Part shown: positions 1 through 12,446 of the stretch, one piece after another | Numbering within the stretch: the stretch's first letter is position 1 | How the letters are laid out: each line of letters opens with the position of its first letter | DNA from: an uncultured Actinomycetota bacterium | GTDB lineage: Bacteria > Actinomycetota > Actinomycetes > Propionibacteriales > Nocardioidaceae | Direction of reading: 5' to 3' | Length of the DNA: 64,000 nt | Assembly: GCA_963778975.1 (NCBI GenBank) | Contig: CAVZWM010000023.1 | Location: 127,356 to 191,355, forward strand | Program-made: the position numbers and the translations under genes | Notes under the pieces: generated by a model | What the model saw: only the letters and a program-made list of their open reading frames with translations | The model's database searches: none | Told to the model about the DNA's origin: nothing

Positions 1-22
1 ATCCCCGGCTGAGCGTCGCTCG

Positions 23-1621
23 TTAGCCAGCACCACGGCGTACGCCGGCAGGGTCAGGAAGTCGGGGAAGTCCTCGCCGAGCGCCGATCCGACGAACAGC
101 TCACGCGCCTCGGCCCAGTGGCCGGCGGCGAAGCGACTCCGCACCGACGGCCTCGCGGAGCGCGTCGTACTCCTCCTCGACGATGCGGGCGACGAGCTCC
201 CGGGTGATCTCCTCGCCCGTGTCGAGACCGGCCGAGCTGTTGATCCACTGCCACACCTGCGAGCGCGAGATCTCCGCGGTCGCCGCGTCCTCCATCAGGT
301 TGTCGATGCCGGCCGCACCGTTGCCGGCGAGCCACGACTGCAGGTACTGGATGCCGATCCGGACATTGCCGCGCAACCCGGCCTCGGTGCGGGTGCCCGG
401 TGTCCGGTCGACGGCGAGCAGGTCGTCTGCACCCACGACCACCTCGCCACGCAGCACGTCGAGCTGGTTGCTGCGCTCCCCGAGGGTCTCGGTGAAGATG
501 TCGGCGCACATCGTGACCAGGTCGGGGTGGGCGACCCAGGATCCGTCGAAACCGGCTCCGGCCTCGCGGGTCTTGTCCTCGCGCACCTTGGCGAAGGCCC
601 GCTCGTTGACCGCGGCGTCGCGACGACTCGGGATGAAGGCCGCCATCCCGCCGATGGCGAACGCGCCGCGGCGGTGACACGTGCGGACCAGCAGGTCGCT
701 GTAGGCCTTCATCATCGGCGCGCCCATGGTGACCGCGTTGCGATCGGGGAGGGTGAACGCAGGCCCGGCGTCCCGGAAGTTCTTGATGATGCTGAAGAGG
801 TAGTCCCAGCGGCCGGCGTTGAGTCCGGCCACGTGGTCGCGGAGCTCGTGGAGGATCTCGTCCATCTCGAAGGCGGCGGTGATCGTCTCGATCAGCACGG
901 TGGCCCGGATCGAGCCGTGCGGCACCCCGAGCGCGGCCTGGGCGTGGGTGAACACGTCGTTCCACAGCCGGGCCTCGAGGTGGGACTCCAGCTTCGGCAG
1001 GTAGAAGTAGGGGCCGCTCCCGCGCGCGAGAAGCTCGCGGGCGTTGTGGAAGAAGTAGAGCCCGAAGTCGGCGAGGGCCGCGACGACCGGCGTGCCGTCC
1101 CGGGTGAGGTGCTCCTCGTCGAAGTGCCACCCGCGGGGCCTCGGCAGGATCACCGGCACGCTGTCCGGGTCGGCGACGGAGTACTCCTTGCCCTCCGGTG
1201 ACGTGAAGGCGAGCTGGCCGCGCACCGCGTCGTACAACGTCACCTGACCGCCGACCACGTTGCGCCAGTGCGGCGTGTTGGCGTCCTCGAGGTCGGCGAG
1301 CCACACCCGGGCGCCGGAGTTGAGGGCGTTGATGGCCATCTTGGGGTCGGTCGGGCCGGTGATCTCCACGCGTCGGTCGACCAGGTCGGCGGGGACCGGC
1401 GCGACCGTCCAGTCGGCCGACCGGACCGACTCGGTGACGGTGAGGAAGTCGAGCGTGCCCGTGCGCGAGATCTCGTCCCGCCGGGCCCGCCGGGCGGCGA
1501 GCAGCTCGTCTCGTCGCCCGTGGAACCGGGCGTCCAGGTCGGCGACGAAGTCGAGCGCGTCGGGAGTGAGGATCTCGTCCGACCGCGGGACGGCGGGACC
1601 GGTGACGTCGAGGCTTGCCAT
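23..1621 (-). CDS. aceB: Malate synthase A (frameshift near nt 135; 3' end approximate)
   Basis: ORF 101..1621 has DRRVEITGP, ADLED, YLPKLE, GLNAGRWDY, GFDGSWVAHP and NLMEDAATAEISRSQVWQW. The conserved C-terminus FPDFLTLPAY continues in another frame at about 130-30. Confidence 0.95.
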
Positions 1622-1623
1622 GC

Positions 1624-1659
1624 GTCACCGTATCGCTCCGATACGTGACCTGCGTCACC
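1624..1659. promoter_or_regulatory. Inverted repeat plus direct repeat in the aceB/xdhA divergent region (candidate operator)
   Basis: gtcac-cgtatcg-ctc-cgatacg-tgac at 1624-1649; tgcgtcacc occurs at 1621 and again at 1651. Confidence 0.4.
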
Positions 1660-1762
1660 TAGGATGGAGGGGACGCGTGGTCGTTCAGCATGGACAACCG
1701 GCGGCGCGTCGCACGTCCCCCAACCATGCGCGTGCAGCGGTGCGCTGCGCTTGGGAGAGAAC

Positions 1763-3132
1763 ATGTCGAAGAGCCAGCCCCACGTGACCGTGAACGGGCG
1801 GTCGCGGCCGCTCGGCGGCATCGCGCCGCACACCAACCTGCTCGACTTCCTGCGCGGGGTCGGCCTCACCGGCGCCAAGGAGGGGTGTGCGGAGGGGGAG
1901 TGCGGGGCCTGCGCGGTCATGGTCGCGCGTCCCGACGGCGACGCGAGTCGCTGGACCGCGATCAACTCCTGCCTGGCTCCCGCCGCCGCGCTGGACGGCC
2001 AGGAGGTCGTCACGGCGGAGGGTCTCGGCAGCCTCGACCACCTCCACCCGGTGCAGGCCGAGCTGGCCCAGCGTGGCGGCTCGCAGTGCGGCTACTGCAC
2101 GCCGGGCTTCGTGTGCTCGATGGCCGCCGAGTACTACCGACCCGGGCGCGAGGGCTTCGACGTGCACGCCATCGCCGGCAACCTGTGTCGCTGCACCGGC
2201 TACCGGCCGATCCGCGACGCGGCTCAGGCGCTCGGCGTGCCCGACGACGCCGACCCCCTCGTCGTACGACGGGGGGTGGCCGCACCTGCCCCCGCGCACA
2301 CCGCCCTGGGTGACGGCGCCTTCACCCGCCCGGCCGACCTGGCCGAGGCGCTGACCCTGCTGCGCGAGCACCCCGACACGACCGTCGTGGCGGGGTCGAC
2401 CGACTGGGGCGTCGAGGTCAACCTGCGTGGGAGTCGGGCCGCGAGAGTGGTGGCGATCGACCGGCTGCCCGAGCTGCGCACGATCACGACCGACGGGCCG
2501 ATCGAGGTCGGTGCGGGCCTCACCCTGAGCGAGCTCGAGGAGGCCCTGGGCGACGCCGTGCCGCTGCTCACCGAGGTCTGGCCGCTCTTCGCCTCCCCGC
2601 TCATCCGCAACGCCGCGACCGTCGGCGGCAACCTCGGCACCGCCTCGCCGATCGGCGACCTGGCACCGGCGCTCCTGGCCCTGGACTCGTCCCTCGTGCT
2701 CGCCTCCGTCGAGGGGGACCGCGAGGTCGCACTCGCCGACTTCTTCACCGGCTACCGCGAGACCCGGCTCGCACCCGGCGAGCTCATCCGCGCCGTGAGG
2801 ATCCCGCAGCCGCTCGCCGGGCGGACGGGCTTCCACAAGATCGCCAAGCGCCGTCTCGACGACATCTCCAGCGTGGCGGTCGCGTTCGCACTCGACGTCG
2901 ACGACGGGGTGGTCACCCGCGCCCGGATCGGCCTCGGCGGCGTCGCCGCCACCCCGATCCGGGCGACGGCCACCGAGGCCGCGCTCGAAGGCAGACCGTG
3001 GACCGACGAGACGATCGAGGCGGCGGCCCTCGTCCTCTCCGGCGAGGGCACCCCGATCGACGACCAGCGCGCGAGCGCGGCCTACCGCTCCGCGATGCTC
3101 GGCAACGCACTGCGCTCCTGGTGGGCGGAGCA

Positions 3133-3136
<4 letters not shown>
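1763..3136 (+). CDS. xdhA: Xanthine dehydrogenase small subunit (2x[2Fe-2S] + FAD)
   Basis: KEGCAEGECGAC, QCGYCTPG, NLCRCTGY, AGSTD and IRNAATVGGN motifs. GGAGA RBS before ATG 1763. Confidence 0.95.
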
Positions 3137-5360
<2,224 letters not shown>

Positions 5361-5361
<1 letters not shown>

Positions 5362-6177
5362 TGCACTGGACACGAGCGGTGGAGCTGCTCCGGCGGGAGC
5401 GCCGGGCCGGTGTGCTGGCCACGGTCGTCGACGTACGCGGCCACGCCCCGCGCGACGCCGGCGCCAAGATGGTCGTGGCGAACGACGACGTCTGGGGCAC
5501 CATCGGCGGCGGCAACCTGGAGGAGACCGTCCTGCAGCGGGCTCGGGCCATGCTCGAGCGACGGCACCACGGCTCCCGAGCAGCTCGTCGTCGGGCTCAC
5601 CGACCAGAGCCGCACCGAGCACGGCCGGCAGTGCTGCGGCGGGGAGGTGACCGTGATGCTCGAGCCGCTGCCAGTGGTCGGCTCCGTCGCGATCTTCGGG
5701 GTCGGGCACGTGGGCCTCGAGCTGGCCCGGATCCTGGTGCGGCACGACCTCGAGCTCCACCTCGTCGACTCGCGCGCGGTCCAGCTCACCGATGCGCGGC
5801 TGGCCTGCCTCGACGACGGGCAGGCGACGCTGCACGTGCACCACGCGCCCGTGCCGGAGCTGGCCCTCGCCGGGCTGCCGCACGGCACCCACGTGCTGGT
5901 GATGACGCACGACCACGCCGAGGACTTCGCGCTGTGCGACGAGGCGTTGCGCTGCACGCACCTGGCGAGCATCGGGCTGATCGGGTCGGCGGCGAAGTGG
6001 GCGCGCTTCGGCAGGGGACTGCGGGTCGAGGGCCACGACGAAGCCGCGCTGTCGCGGATCACCAGCCCGATCGGCGTCCCCGACCTGGCCGGGAAGGAGC
6101 CGGCCACGATCGCGGTGTCGGTCGCCGTCGACCTGCTCCGGGTGCTCGCGGGCGACCGGGCCAGGACGGGAGGATGA
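5361..6177 (+). CDS. xdhC: Xanthine dehydrogenase accessory protein XdhC (frameshift near 5560)
   Basis: RGHAPRDAGAKMVV...GTIGGGNLE in one frame; QCCGG, FGVGHVG, MTHDHAED and GLIGS in the next frame. Confidence 0.9.
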
Positions 6178-7531
6178 GGTCCGTCGCCGTCGTCTACCGC
6201 GCCCGCGCCTACGACACCCCGGACGACCCCTTCGTGGCGCCGGGCCCGGGCTTCCGCTACGACGACGACCTCGGGCTGGCGGTGTCGGAGGAGGGCGTGA
6301 TCACCTCGCGCGGGCCGTTCGCCGCGGTGGCCGCCGCCCACCCCGACGCCACCGTGATCGACCTGCGCAGCGGCATCCTGCTCCCCGGGCTCGTCGACAC
6401 CCACGTCCACTTCCCGCAGGTCCGCGTGATCGGTGCCCTCGGCATGCCGCTCCTGGAGTGGCTCGAGCGGCTGTGCCCTGCCCGAGGAGCAGCAGCCTCG
6501 CCTCGCCCGACTACGCCGCCCAGATCGCCGCCGAGCTCGTCGCCGGCCTGATCGCGGCGGGCACGACGACGTCGCTGGTCTTCGGCTCCCACTTCGGGCC
6601 GGCCGTGGACGCGCTGTTCACCGAGGCCGAGCGCTTCGGGCTGCGGGTCACCAGCGGGCTGGTCGTCAGCGACCGGATGCTGCCCGAGCCGCTGCTCACC
6701 ACTCCGGAGCGCACCTATGCCGAGTCGATGGCGCTGGCGGCGCGCTGGCACGGTCGCGGCCGCGCCCGCTACGCAGTGACGCCCCGCTTCTCGCTGTCCG
6801 CGTCCGAGGCGATCCTCGAGGCCTGTGCCGCGGTCGCGGCCGACGTCGAGGGCGCCGTACTTCACCTCGCACGTCAACGAGAACCCGGCCGAGGTGGCCA
6901 CGGTCGCCGCCCAGTTCCCCGACCGGACCGACTACGTCGACACCTACGCCCACCACGGGCTGCTGGGTCCGCGCTCGGTGCTGGCGCACAACGTCCATCC
7001 GCGCGACGCCGAGCTCGACGTGCTCGCCGCGTCGGGCACGTCGGTCGCCCACTGCCCGACCAGCAACTCCGCGCTGGGCTCGGGACTCTTCAGCCTGCGC
7101 AGGCACGTGGACGCGGGCGTCCGCGTGGCGCTCGGCAGCGACGTCGGTGCGGGCACCGGCTTCTCGCTGTTCAAGGAGGGACTGCAGGCCTACTTCGTGC
7201 AGCGGCTCCTGGGCGACGCGGGCTGCCCCTCGGTCCCGGCCACCTCCTGCACCTCAGCACCTCCGCCGGTGCCGCAGCGCTGGGGCTGGCCGACGTCGTG
7301 GGCGACCTCAGCCAGGGCAAGCAGTTCGACGCGATCTGCCTGCGCCCGCCGGCCGGCACGGCGCTGGACATCGGCCTGCGCCATGCGGGGTCGCCGCAGG
7401 AGGCGCTGGGCAAGGTGTTCGCGCTGGCGAGCGACGCCGACGTGGCGGACGTCTGGGTCGGTGGCGCGCAGATCGCGTCGGGTGGCTACGTACGCCCGGT
7501 CGATCGCAGATCGGCGACCCGGAGCGGCTAA
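6174..7531 (+). CDS. guaD: Guanine deaminase (frameshifts near 6475, 6855 and 7225)
   Basis: PGLVDTHVHFPQ, VTPRFS, HVNEN, AHNVH, HCPTSN and GSDVGAG are spread over successive frames. ATGA overlap with xdhC. Confidence 0.9.
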
Positions 7532-7541
7532 TCTCCGGGGA

Positions 7542-8247
7542 ATGCGCCGCCCCCTCGCACCTGCCCTTGCCCTCGCCGTCCTGCTGCCCCTGGTCGCGGG
7601 CTGCGCCGGCGACGAGCCGACCGTGGCGCTCCTGGTCGCCGACGGGTCCGACGCCTCGCACGTCGTGGACGTGGAGACCTTCGAGGAGCGGGTCACGGCG
7701 ACGTGCGACGAGTGCTCGGTGACGGTGTACGACGCCGAGGGCGACGCCGCGCAGCAGAAGAGCCAGGCCCGCCAGGCCGAGGCCGGGTCGGCCGACGTGA
7801 TCGTGGTGGTGCCGGTCGAGCCCGAGGACATGGAGTCGCTCACCGGGACCGACGTGCCGCTGGTCTCCCTCGGCACCCTCGTGCCCGGAGCGGAGAGCCA
7901 TGTCGGTCTCCGGGAGGCGGCCGAGGCGAAGGGCGACGCCGACTCCGACCTGGCGGCGGCGCGTGACCTGATCCTGGGCGAGCGTTCCTCGATGACCTAC
8001 GTGCCGACCGAGGCCATGAGCGAGCAGGCTGCCGACGTCGCCGTCGCCCTCCTGGCCGACACCGCCGGTCCTCGACGGCCCGGTCGAGGTGGAGGAGGAC
8101 GAGGGAGTCCAGTCCTGGCTCTTCGAGGCCCAGGACGTCACCCTCGACACCCTCACCACGCTGCTGGTCGGCCAGGGCGTGCTCACCCTCGACGAGCTGT
8201 GCGAGGGCGAGACCGCCAAGAAGTGCGCGAAGCTCGGCTTCGTCTGA
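7542..8247 (+). CDS. Lipoprotein, shortened XylF/ChvE-like sugar-binding protein (frameshift near 8060)
   Basis: Lipobox LVAGC. N-lobe motif YDAEGDAAQQKSQ...DVIVVVPV. XylF-like C-terminus ending DELCEGETAKKCAKLGFV*. Confidence 0.65.
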
Positions 8248-8274
8248 CCTGTGGAGTGACCCGCCCGACTCGGC

Positions 8275-10425
8275 TCAGTGCACCGTCTCCAGCGGCCTGG
8301 CCGCCTCGGCGGCGGTCAGGGGCGCATCGGCCTGGTCGAGCTTGCTCGGCCACCAGATCTTGCCGCCGAGGTCGAGGTTGATGGCGGTGACCAGGACCGA
8401 CCGCACGACCAGGGTGTCGAGCATGACGCCCAGGGCCACGGCGACACCCAGCTCGGCGAGGAACACCAGCGGCAGCGACCCGAGGACCAGGAACGTCGCG
8501 GCGAGCACGATGCCTGCCGAGGTGATGACGCCCCCGGTCGAGGCCAGCGCGATCAACGCACCCTTGCGCGTGCCGTGGGTGGCCGTCTCCTCCCGGACCC
8601 TGGTCATCAGGAAGATGTTGTAGTCGATGCCCAGCGCGACGAGGAAGACGAAGGCGAACAGGGGGAAGCCCGGATCGGACCCGGCGAACCCGAAGACGTA
8701 CTCGAAGAGCAGCGCCGAGATGCCCAGCGCGGCGCCGAACGACAGGACGACGGTGGCCATCAGGATCAGGGGCGCGACGACGGCGCGCAGCAGGCCCATG
8801 AGGATCAGCAGGACCACGGTCAGGATGAGCGGCATGATCACCCAGCTGTCGCGCTCGGAGGCGATCTTGGTGTCGAGGTAGAAGGCCGAGCCGCCACCGA
8901 CCAGCGCCTCCGCCCCCTCGACGCCGTGAACGGCGTCGCGGGACGCCTCGACGGTGTCGGCGGCCGTGCTGGAGGAGATGTCGGCGTCGATGGTGGCCTC
9001 GAAGTAGACCCTGTCGTCGGACAGCGGCTGCGGGGGGAGGGGTTCGCCGAGTCCGTCGACGTCGCCCAGCGAGGCGATGACGGCATCGACCTGGCCGGCG
9101 TTGGTGACCACCTGGATCGTGTTGGAGTTGTCGGACAGGCCGTGCTCGTCGAGCAGCTTCTGGCCCTTGATCGAGTCGAACTCCTTCGTGTAGGTGTCCT
9201 CGGTCGACAGCCCGGAGGCGTCGAGGCTGAAGAGACCCAGGCAGGCCAGGAGCAGCAGCCCGGTCGTGACGACCCACACGCGGCGGGGGCGGTGGCTGAT
9301 GGAGCGACCGACGCGCGCCCAGAAACCGTCCGACGTGGGCTCGGCGCTCTGGAAGGCGGGGCGCTTGGGCCAGAAGACCCACCTTCCGCAGATGACCAGC
9401 AGGGCCGGCAGCAGGGTGACCATGACCACGAACGTCACGGTGACACCGATGGCGGCCACGGGACCCATGCCAGCGGTGGAGTTGAGCTCGGCGAACGACA
9501 GGCAGAGCATGCCGAGGGCCACCGTGGCCGCGCTGGCGAAGATGGCCGGGGCAGCACGGTGCAGCGCGAACGCCATCGCCTCGTGGCGGTCCTCGTGCCG
9601 GCGCAGCTCCTCGCGGTAGCGCGCGACGAGGAGGAGGGCGTAGTCGGTGCCGGCGCCGATGACCAGGATGCTCAGGATGGCCTGGCTCTGCCCGTTGACG
9701 GTGAGGTCGGCGTACTTCGCCAGCAGGTAGACCAGGCCCGTCGCGATGGTGTTGGCGACGACCGCGCAGATGATCGGGAGCAGCCACAGGATCGGGCTGC
9801 GGTAGGTGAAGAGCAGGATCACGACCACCACTGCGAGGGTGATCATGATGAGGTCGGTGTCGATGCCCTCGAACGCCGCGGCGGAGTCGGCGGCCTGACC
9901 GCCGAAGCCGGCGAGGTGGACCTCGCCACCGTCGATCTGGGCGATGTCCCGGATCTCGTCGGCGACGTCCGGGATCGCGTTCCACCCGTCGGCACCGAAG
10001 TTGAGCACGAAGTAGAGGTAGGCGACCTCCCCGTCCTCCGAGACCAGCGTCGGCACCGGGGCGCCCTGGGCTGCGGCCGCCTCTGCGGCGGCGGGCGTGA
10101 GGACCCCGTCGTCGGTCACGCCGTCGAGCCCGGCGATCTCCTCACCCTGCGACTCCATGGCGGCGAAGTCGTCCTCGGTCAGCCCGCCGTCACGGTGGTA
10201 GACCACGAGGGTGGGGATGTCGTTGGGGTCGACGGTCGCCGACAGCTCCTCGAGCACCTGTGTCGACTCGGCCGAATCGGGGAGCCAGGACGAGGCCTCG
10301 TTGTTCTGGACGTCGGCCAGCTGGGTCGAGAAGCCGGCCATGATCCCGGTGATGCCCAGGACGGCGACGAGGACGATCCACTTGCTGACGCGACCGGTGA
10401 GGGACCCGGCGATCTGTCGATGCAT
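8275..10425 (-). CDS. MMPL/RND family transporter
   Basis: 716 aa with two TM bundles; GAGTDYALLLVARYREE and ALGIDYNIFLMTRVREE motifs. Confidence 0.93.
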   Translation of the reverse strand: MHRQIAGSLTGRVSKWIVLVAVLGITGIMAGFSTQLADVQNNEASSWLPDSAESTQVLEELSATVDPNDIPTLVVYHRDGGLTEDDFAAMESQGEEIAGLDGVTDDGVLTPAAAEAAAAQGAPVPTLVSEDGEVAYLYFVLNFGADGWNAIPDVADEIRDIAQIDGGEVHLAGFGGQAADSAAAFEGIDTDLIMITLAVVVVILLFTYRSPILWLLPIICAVVANTIATGLVYLLAKYADLTVNGQSQAILSILVIGAGTDYALLLVARYREELRRHEDRHEAMAFALHRAAPAIFASAATVALGMLCLSFAELNSTAGMGPVAAIGVTVTFVVMVTLLPALLVICGRWVFWPKRPAFQSAEPTSDGFWARVGRSISHRPRRVWVVTTGLLLLACLGLFSLDASGLSTEDTYTKEFDSIKGQKLLDEHGLSDNSNTIQVVTNAGQVDAVIASLGDVDGLGEPLPPQPLSDDRVYFEATIDADISSSTAADTVEASRDAVHGVEGAEALVGGGSAFYLDTKIASERDSWVIMPLILTVVLLILMGLLRAVVAPLILMATVVLSFGAALGISALLFEYVFGFAGSDPGFPLFAFVFLVALGIDYNIFLMTRVREETATHGTRKGALIALASTGGVITSAGIVLAATFLVLGSLPLVFLAELGVAVALGVMLDTLVVRSVLVTAINLDLGGKIWWPSKLDQADAPLTAAEAARPLETVH

Positions 10426-10510
10426 GACACCCAGTGGAACAGCCCGGGCCGCCCTCTCGCATCCGTAAAATCCCGGAGGTCTAGTCCGGGTTGCCTCGGG
10501 GGCGGGTCCG

Positions 10511-11570
10511 CTATCTCGTCTGGAGCCGGAACGGCGACCTGAGGTCCGACGAGCCGCGGCGCGGGGGCACGGCGTACTCCATCGAGCCGTCGACCCCCAG
10601 CCTCACGACCGCCCACTCCCCGTCGGAATAGGTCACGACCAGCACGTGTGCGGGGTCCTCCCAGACCTCGTCGAAGTACGTCGTGACCGCGCCGCGGGTC
10701 GGTGACCGGAAGGTGCGGACCACCGAGCCGTCAGCGGTCGCCAGGACGTCCAGGGTCGTCGGGCCGAACCCGTCGCCGTACGCCGGCAGGCCGAGGACGT
10801 GCGCGTTGTCGGTCGAGATGTCGGAGAACCGGTTGTCGCAGGTGCGCCACCTGGCACGCCAGCTGCGCAGCATGACACTGCAGGTGCCGGTGTCGCTGAC
10901 GCTCGTGATCCCGCCGAGCCACCTCCCGCGGCCGGTCGAGGTCAGCCGCATCATCGGGGCCCGGTCCACGATGCCGTGCGAGGTCGTGAACCAGCCGCGG
11001 CGCCCCGTTGACGTAGACCGAGCAGCCGTTGCTCACGTCGCTCTCCTTGCAGTCCTCGCCGAAGAGGGCGACCGCGTGGCCGGTGCCGGTGATGGGCACC
11101 CTCCGGTATGACAGCACCCGGTATCCGTCGTCGTCGATCGTCCACACCCGCCCGCGCTTGCCGGCGAATCCGACCGCCTTCCCCTGGGCGGAGACCGCGA
11201 GCCCGTAGCCCGTGCGCCACTCACGGGTGCCCAGGGTCCCGTCGACGCCGAGCCAGCGGGTGGTGACCGGGCGGATGCCGGCGGTCTGGACGACGAATCC
11301 GGAGGGCATCGGGACAAAGGCGTCGAGGCTGTTGGGCGCCGGCGTGGTCGTGCCAGTGGCGCCGTGGATCACGGTCCGGCCGGCGCGGCGCTCGGACCAG
11401 GCGAGGGCGGGTGGAGCGCCTCGGTCGAGGTCGGACACGTCGAAGATGGTGGTGGGCGCGGGGCGGAAGCGCTCCTCGGACTGCTGGGCGCCCACGGGCA
11501 CGACCGGGGAGACGAGCGCGAGGACGGCGAGCCCGGTGGCGAGGAGTGCAGCGCGAGAGATGGTGGTCAT
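10511..11570 (-). CDS. Secreted hypothetical protein, possibly beta-propeller (frameshift near 11000)
   Basis: Signal peptide MTTISRAALLATGLAVLALVS. ORF 10731..11570 continues in ORF 10511..10969. Confidence 0.65.
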
Positions 11571-11603
11571 GTCACTAGGACTCCTCAGACCCCCGGGAGG
11601 TTG

Positions 11604-12446
11604 TCAGCGGGCGAAGGTGGGTGGCAGCTCACGGTCCTCCTGCGCGAGGACGTCGCGCAAGAGGTCGGGCCGGTTGGTGATGAGTCCGTCAGCCCCGAGG
11701 CGCACCAGGTGGCGCATCGTGGGCTCGTCGTCGACCACGTAGGGGATCACTGCCAGGCCTGCGGCGTGTGCGCGGTCGATGAGGTCCGCGGTGGCGAACG
11801 GCACGTACGCCGGGTCGTCGACGCCGCCCAGGTAGGGCGAGCCGTGGATGGGGGAGATCGCCGTGAACCCCTCCGCCGCCGCCGTGGCGACGAAGTCGCG
11901 GTCGACCGCCAGGCCGTCGAACCACGGTGACGGGGCGTCGGCGGTCGCCTTGAGGTAGCGCGGGGAGACGAGCAGGTTGCGCCCGAGCCCGGGCTCCGCG
12001 TCGCCGACCCGGGCGAGGACACCCCAGTCGAAGCACTGGATGCTCGTGCGCTCGACCAGCTCGTCCACGCGCAGCGCCGTGACGACACGGGCCACGAAGG
12101 CCTCCCGGCTGGTGAGGCGGGCGCCGTCGAGGGCGTCGTACTTGATCTCGAGGTTGATCCGCACCGGGTCGGCGTCGCGCTCGTCGAGCAGTGCCGCCAC
12201 CTGGCGAAGCAGGGGCATCGTCGGCGGCAGGTCGGCACGGGTGAGCGCCCGGATGCGGCGGGCGTCGGCCACCATCGGGTCGTGGGCCACGACGACGTCG
12301 TCGTCGGCCGTGAGGTGGACGTCGAGCTCGAGCGTGGAGACGCCCAGGGCGAGGGCACGCCCGAAGGCCTCGAGGGTGTTCTCCGGCCAGAGGCCGGCAC
12401 CGCCACGGTGTGCCTGCAGGTCGAAGCGTGGTGGGGTGGAGGTCAC
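11604..12446 (-). CDS. Glycerophosphodiester phosphodiesterase
   Basis: AHRGG...PENT, ELDVHLT...AHD, NLEIK and GADGLITNRPD motifs. GTG start overlaps the stop of the upstream ligase. Confidence 0.9.
   Translation of the reverse strand: MTSTPPRFDLQAHRGGAGLWPENTLEAFGRALALGVSTLELDVHLTADDDVVVAHDPMVADARRIRALTRADLPPTMPLLRQVAALLDERDADPVRINLEIKYDALDGARLTSREAFVARVVTALRVDELVERTSIQCFDWGVLARVGDAEPGLGRNLLVSPRYLKATADAPSPWFDGLAVDRDFVATAAAEGFTAISPIHGSPYLGGVDDPAYVPFATADLIDRAHAAGLAVIPYVVDDEPTMRHLVRLGADGLITNRPDLLRDVLAQEDRELPPTFAR

Noticed and set aside
6174-7531. Programmed frameshifting or phase variation in guaD, icd or sucD
   Set aside because: No shared slippery site or long simple repeat. Sequencing indels are the simpler explanation.
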